Under the pieces are notes generated by a model. The model saw only the letters and a program-made list of their open reading frames with translations, searched no databases and was not told where the DNA came from. DNA of 55,341 nt, filler included, from an uncultured delta proteobacterium (GTDB lineage: Bacteria > Desulfobacterota > Desulfobacteria > Desulfobacterales > SG8-13), in NCBI GenBank assembly GCA_963848135.1. It is 3 parts of 3 records of this genome, joined end to end, with 100 filler letters (N's around TTAATTAATTAA, not from the genome) between each part and the next. Parts side by side here need not be neighbours in the genome. Positions count along the whole stretch, not along the records: positions 35,677 to 55,341 come from CAWKCK010000008.1; 2 more parts are not named here. One strand, 5' to 3'. The position numbers and the translations under genes are program-made. Shown here piece by piece: positions 50,532 to 55,341 of the stretch. Numbering within the stretch: the stretch's first letter is position 1; each line of letters starts with the position of its first letter.

Positions 50532-53186
50532 ATGTTTGGATGCCTTCGACATAATCGGCCCTGTGTGCCCGAATGGTGGCTCAGATTTATCCTGGGGCAC
50601 TCGTTTTTTGTCGTCATTGCGATGATCGTCCTGACCGCCGGTATTCTGGTATACTCCGTCAACAATTTTAAAATCGACACCGATCTTACGGATATGGTTT
50701 CAAACAAACTTCCATTCCGCAAGATCTACAAAGATTACCTGAGTACCTTTCCTCAACTCTCCGATGTTATTGTCGTGGTTATCTCCGCGGATACCCCGGA
50801 ACGCGCCTGGTTGGCGCAAAAACAGCTGGCGACCCGTTTGGCCAAGCAGGACCATATATTTAAATCTATTTTTTTGCCGGGGGGGGGAACATTTTTCGAT
50901 AAGAATGGTCTCCTATATCTAACTGATGATGAACTCGATGATTTGGCGGATAAACTGGCTGAGATGCAGCCGTTCTTTGCGACTCTTGTCCAGAATCCAA
51001 ATTTAAGCGGTCTATTCTCCATCTTGGAGAAGATATTAAAATTGTCGCCCGAAAGTGTTGACAACAACGAAAGCCTGCTGAGGTTGCTCGTTCAGGTGGG
51101 CGAAGCGGCTATGAACGTAGAAAAAGGGCAAAGCCATCATGTATCGTGGCAGGCGGTAATGTCTGGCAAGGCCGAAGAAAACCAGTCTCGTCGGTTTCTC
51201 ATCACTGCGCCTATTCTTGATTACAGTGTGCTGTATCCAGCACGAAATGCCATTCAGACCATTCGGTCCACCGCAGCGGACCTCAATTTTACCCCCCCTA
51301 ATGGCGTAGAGATAGGAGTGACTGGTGAAGTCGTTTTAAATTACGAAAATCTCATCAGCGTCGAAAAGGGAATGGGCACTTCGGCCATTTGTTCCCTGGT
51401 CCTCGTGGCGATCGTTCTGTTTGTAGGTCTTCGGTCGGGAATATTGATCTTTTCAAGTTTGTTGAATCTGATCTGCGGTTTGATCTTGACGCTCGGATTT
51501 GCCATCTTTTTTATCGGCCATTTGAACATGATATCGGTTACCTTCGCCGTCCTTTATATCGGCCTTGGGATAGACTATAGTATTCAATTCTGCCTGCGCT
51601 ACCGTTCCCTTGTCATGGCCGGTCACGATAACAGACATTCCTTGCTGACAGCAGCCAAACAAGTCGACAATGCTCTTATACTATGCACTTTGACGACTGC
51701 AATCGGATTCTACGCCTTTGTTCCGACCGCGTATGTCGGTGCTTCCGAGTTGGGAATAATCGCCGGGACGGGTATGTTTATCAATCTCTTTACCAATCTC
51801 ACCTTCCTTCCGGCGGTTCTCAATTTGGCCGGCCCATGCCGTCCAGCAAATGAAACCCCGCCAATCGGACTTATTTTTACACGGTTTACCAACCATTATG
51901 CCAAGAGGATATGTGCGATTGCCATCGTTCTGGCCGGTGTTGCCGCGATGCTTCTTCCGAAGGTAACATTTGATTACAATCCTTTGAATCTCGCCAACCG
52001 GCAAGCCGAGTCCTTACAAATGCTTGAGGAACTCTTTCAAGATTGGAAAACGTCTCCTTGGACGATATCGGTTTTAAAAGATGACTTAACATCGGCCTCA
52101 AAGCTCGCCTCCAGATTGAATGCTCTTGACTCGGTTAGAAAAGCGGTGACCATCGCAGAATTTGTTCCTGAAAACCAATCTGAAAAGTTAGCAATAATTT
52201 CCGACATGGCGTTTTTCGTTCCGATAGATGTAAACGAGATTGTCTTTACAACACAAGATGATGAGGAAACGGTGGCCGCTCTCAAGGATTTTGAACATGA
52301 GCTGGCTTCAGCGGTTGAGAGAAAGCCTGTGACGGACGGCACCGATAATCAACTGTTGGAAAACTTGCTGGGGCGTATTCATCGTTTGAGCGCTTTGGTT
52401 GAAAATCCGGCAACAAGGCCCGCAGCGCTGACCCACCTGCGCGAAAGTTTACTGCCAACATTGAAAATTTTGTTGGAACAAATTGGAGCGTGGGTCCACC
52501 CTGAAGAATTCGATCTGTCGCAATTGCCGGAGGACCTGAAGCGGCGCTATGTATCAGCAGACGGACGTTACCGCATCGAGGTTTTTCCGGAAGAAAACTT
52601 AGCCGAAATTAGCGCTTTGAGGCGTTTCGTGACCGACGTGCAGTCCATTGCCCCCGAGGCCACAGACGGCCCTGTAACCATCCTGGCATCCGGTGATGCA
52701 ATTGTCACAGCCTTTCTGATGGCATTGGGTATGGCACTGGCGGCGATAGCGGTTTTGCTATTGATGCTATTAAAAAATCTCATGGATGTCGTCTTGATTC
52801 TGACGCCTCTTATTGTGGCCATCCTCTATACTTCGGCCGCAACGGTTGTACTGCACATTCCCTTCAACTTTGCCAATATCATCGTCGTGCCGCTTTTATT
52901 GGGCACCGGCGTCGATTACGGTATCCACCTCATTCATCGATTTCGCAATGACCTTTCACCTGGCAGGGGGATTCTCGAAACCAGTACGTCACGGGCCGTG
53001 TTTTTCAGCGCTCTCACAACCATTGTCAGCTTTGGAACGCTGGCTTTAATTCCGCATCAGGGAACGGCCAGCATGGGGATACTGTTGACACTTTGCCTCG
53101 GATTTATCATCGTCTGCTGCCTCATCTTGCTCCCGGCAATATTGAGGGTTTTGCAATTAAAGGCCAGCGTTAAGACCCAAAGATAG
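50532..53186 (+). CDS. hpnN: Hopanoid RND/MMPL transporter
   Basis: Two MMPL halves with GLGIDYSIQF and GTGVDYGIH. FFDKNGLLYL, FDYNPLNL, FNFANII. Confidence 0.93.
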   Translation: MFGCLRHNRPCVPEWWLRFILGHSFFVVIAMIVLTAGILVYSVNNFKIDTDLTDMVSNKLPFRKIYKDYLSTFPQLSDVIVVVISADTPERAWLAQKQLATRLAKQDHIFKSIFLPGGGTFFDKNGLLYLTDDELDDLADKLAEMQPFFATLVQNPNLSGLFSILEKILKLSPESVDNNESLLRLLVQVGEAAMNVEKGQSHHVSWQAVMSGKAEENQSRRFLITAPILDYSVLYPARNAIQTIRSTAADLNFTPPNGVEIGVTGEVVLNYENLISVEKGMGTSAICSLVLVAIVLFVGLRSGILIFSSLLNLICGLILTLGFAIFFIGHLNMISVTFAVLYIGLGIDYSIQFCLRYRSLVMAGHDNRHSLLTAAKQVDNALILCTLTTAIGFYAFVPTAYVGASELGIIAGTGMFINLFTNLTFLPAVLNLAGPCRPANETPPIGLIFTRFTNHYAKRICAIAIVLAGVAAMLLPKVTFDYNPLNLANRQAESLQMLEELFQDWKTSPWTISVLKDDLTSASKLASRLNALDSVRKAVTIAEFVPENQSEKLAIISDMAFFVPIDVNEIVFTTQDDEETVAALKDFEHELASAVERKPVTDGTDNQLLENLLGRIHRLSALVENPATRPAALTHLRESLLPTLKILLEQIGAWVHPEEFDLSQLPEDLKRRYVSADGRYRIEVFPEENLAEISALRRFVTDVQSIAPEATDGPVTILASGDAIVTAFLMALGMALAAIAVLLLMLLKNLMDVVLILTPLIVAILYTSAATVVLHIPFNFANIIVVPLLLGTGVDYGIHLIHRFRNDLSPGRGILETSTSRAVFFSALTTIVSFGTLALIPHQGTASMGILLTLCLGFIIVCCLILLPAILRVLQLKASVKTQR

Positions 53187-53359
53187 CCGGGATTGGCCCG
53201 GGAAGTGAGCTTTAACCTCGTCAATATATAATATCAACTGAACGGACGCTGTGACGATCGACAAATATATTTGCGGTGGTAACCAGTTGCCCGGCTTCCT
53301 GAATTCGCTTGGCTTTTTTCAGACGACGGCTACATAATCCATCCCTGTGAACCGTCCGT

Positions 53360-53977
53360 TCAAGGATCAGGGCTCGAGGAAATATCTTTCACCTTCTCCC
53401 GGAGCAGGTCGATCAGGGCATCAAATCCGTCGCTTTCAAGCACGTCAACAAATTGCGAACGGGTGAGAGCCAGTTGGCTGACACCTGAAACCTGGATGTC
53501 GATGATTTGCCATTGCCCTTCCGGGCGCCGGAGAATGTAGCGAAAGTCTATCTTCTTGCCGTTGGGTTTAATGAGCTGACTGGTGACCGCCACCGTTTGT
53601 TGATCCGAATTCGAAACAGAAATCAACTGGAACCGCTCGCCCGAAAAACTGTCAAACTGACGGGCGTAATTGGCCGTCGACCATTGGAGATAATAATGGA
53701 TAAGTTCTCGCTGCTGTTGAGCGCTCAGTTTTCTCCAGTATTTACCGACGGAGATTTTGGTGATGAGCGGTAAGGCGAAACTTTTCTCGATGACGGGCTT
53801 AAGGTAATCGAAACGTCCGGACAGTCCGAGTGCTTTGGCCTGGCGCATCGATTCCAGAAGAGTTTCATTGAACTGTTCAATGACCGCAACCGCTTCAGCC
53901 GATTGAGCGCGACCGGACATGGGTGCAAGGACCAGCAGAAGAGTCATCATTAAAGCTAAACGCCGCAAGAGCGTCAT
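53360..53977 (-). CDS. hpnM: MlaC/Ttg2D-type lipid-binding periplasmic protein
   Basis: Signal peptide, YARQFDSFSGE, WQIIDIQVSGVSQLALTRSQF. Adjacent to hpnN. Confidence 0.85.
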   Translation of the reverse strand: MTLLRRLALMMTLLLVLAPMSGRAQSAEAVAVIEQFNETLLESMRQAKALGLSGRFDYLKPVIEKSFALPLITKISVGKYWRKLSAQQQRELIHYYLQWSTANYARQFDSFSGERFQLISVSNSDQQTVAVTSQLIKPNGKKIDFRYILRRPEGQWQIIDIQVSGVSQLALTRSQFVDVLESDGFDALIDLLREKVKDISSSPDP

Positions 53978-54202
53978 ATCCTTTCGTCGGGAATTCCCGG
54001 TTTGCTGAAACTGAGAGCCGCTCCCACAAGTCTCGGCCGGAGTCCGGATGCAGATCCGCCGCTGTCGCCAGGATCTAGTGGCAGCATGCTCCCCGGTTTT
54101 GCACCTGGAGGATTGATCTATTCTAAACATCTATTTTTGATCCTCATAGGCCAGTTCTTCATATGAACAGGCGATATCTGACAGTTGATAGTTGAAATGA
54201 CA

Positions 54203-55341
54203 TTAGTGCAAAATCGACCACAGGAGAGCAAGACATCCCGTCAGCACCGTAATGGATTCAACCAGAAATTCCAGCCGGATCCCAGGGAGCACCATCCGCC
54301 TTTCAAAGGTCCAAAGGACTAAATACATGAGGATCGGACTGATGAGCAGCCAGAATCCGAAACCGGAGACGATCCCAAAACCGGTGGCCAAGAGCAAGCC
54401 GATAACTACCATTGCCAGCATCTTTTTCAGCAATCGAAGGCTGTTTTTCTCTCCCATCAGAATAGGTATTGTTTCGCGCCCCACGATGCGGTCACCCTGC
54501 ATATCGAGAATATCGAAGAACGCCGTTCTCGTAAACACCAGAGATGATGAAATGAGAAATGCTGCGATGACGGTAAAATTGTTCCGCATTGGCTCGTCCA
54601 ACGACGGAAAAACCGCAGTTACGATGCCCCACGCTAGAGCAATCAATATCGTTTTTGAGCCGGGGATATCTCTTATTCTCTGGTAACGTTTACCGCCGAT
54701 GGTGGCCGGTATCATTCGCAGATTATAGGACAGGCCGAGTGCACTCATGGTGAGAAGAAGCAAAAACTGGAACCAGCCAGTTGTAAAGGCCAGAAAGAGG
54801 CCGGTGGCACCGGAGAGGTTGGCCAGAGCGGTTAAAAATGCTTTGTGTTTGACGTAAAACGAAGCCCTTTCCGGGTCGTTATATTGGTCGGATAATCGTC
54901 CGGTGAGGTGATTTAAAATATGCATGGACTGTACGTAAAGAACGGCAATGGCTATATAGGGAAAGAAGTGCTGGGTGCCCTGTAATACGGCAAAAGCATA
55001 ACACAGGGCACCGGCACCGATAGAAACGTAGATATTGGTCAGCATCAACGTGCGCTGGATTATGAATAATGCGCGGCGCCATCCCCTGTTTTTATTGAAC
55101 TGTATCGATTCAACCGCTCGGTACACCCGTTTGATTATCCAATTGGGTGTGGAGGCCCCGGCAGTTATCCCGATCGTCTGAAAGTTCGAAAGACCTTTAA
55201 AAACAGGAGATTCAAAATCTGCTTCGGTTTCAATGTGGTAGGTGGGTTTGTCTGATGCGCCGGCTATTTCGGCCAGCCGTTGGGTATTGCCGCTGTTGCA
55301 CCCGCCAACCACTATGACGGCGTCGACCTGGTCAGCCAAGC
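54203..55341 (-). CDS. ispH: IspH (HMBPP reductase) fused to a UbiA-like membrane prenyltransferase domain (5' part beyond window)
   Basis: IVVGGCNSGNTQRL and GITAGASTPNW (IspH C-terminus) are followed in frame by about 8 TM helices with FDILDMQGDRIVGRETIP. Confidence 0.88.
   Translation of the reverse strand, partial: LADQVDAVIVVGGCNSGNTQRLAEIAGASDKPTYHIETEADFESPVFKGLSNFQTIGITAGASTPNWIIKRVYRAVESIQFNKNRGWRRALFIIQRTLMLTNIYVSIGAGALCYAFAVLQGTQHFFPYIAIAVLYVQSMHILNHLTGRLSDQYNDPERASFYVKHKAFLTALANLSGATGLFLAFTTGWFQFLLLLTMSALGLSYNLRMIPATIGGKRYQRIRDIPGSKTILIALAWGIVTAVFPSLDEPMRNNFTVIAAFLISSSLVFTRTAFFDILDMQGDRIVGRETIPILMGEKNSLRLLKKMLAMVVIGLLLATGFGIVSGFGFWLLISPILMYLVLWTFERRMVLPGIRLEFLVESITVLTGCLALLWSILH

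Overview
Bacterial draft sequence. Gene content and style suggest a sulfate-reducing deltaproteobacterium (Desulfobacterales-like; this is inference). Three contigs are joined by artificial N44-TTAATTAATTAA-N44 linkers (28507-28606, 35577-35676). Contig 1 (1-28506) has a minus-strand, apparently sigma54-driven block of exported proteins around a CxPxR arylsulfatase, flanked by two paralogous GAF/PAS-containing enhancer-binding regulators. Next come an atypical Rieske plus crotonase pair, a sigma28-driven FlaG-like small gene, an HD-GYP phosphodiesterase, an MDR dehydrogenase and an amidohydrolase. It ends in an AT-rich island encoding a stand-alone NRPS-like A-T-R reductase that closely resembles the fungal glycine betaine reductase ATRR, next to two APH/choline-kinase-fold phosphotransferases and a GT2. 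This island is the strongest candidate for an undescribed system. Contig 2 (28607-35576) has membrane redox proteins, a structured intergenic element, a MalT-type regulator, a MITE-like element, an outer-membrane barrel and hicAB. Contig 3 (35677-55341) is a hopanoid/isoprenoid supercluster (ispA, dxs, hpnB, squalene synthase, hpnH, hpnG, shc, hpnA, hpnN, hpnM, ispH-UbiA fusion) with an embedded sulfotransferase. Many apparent frameshifts are single-base homopolymer-length changes, probably sequencing errors. No rRNA, tRNA or CRISPR array was seen.
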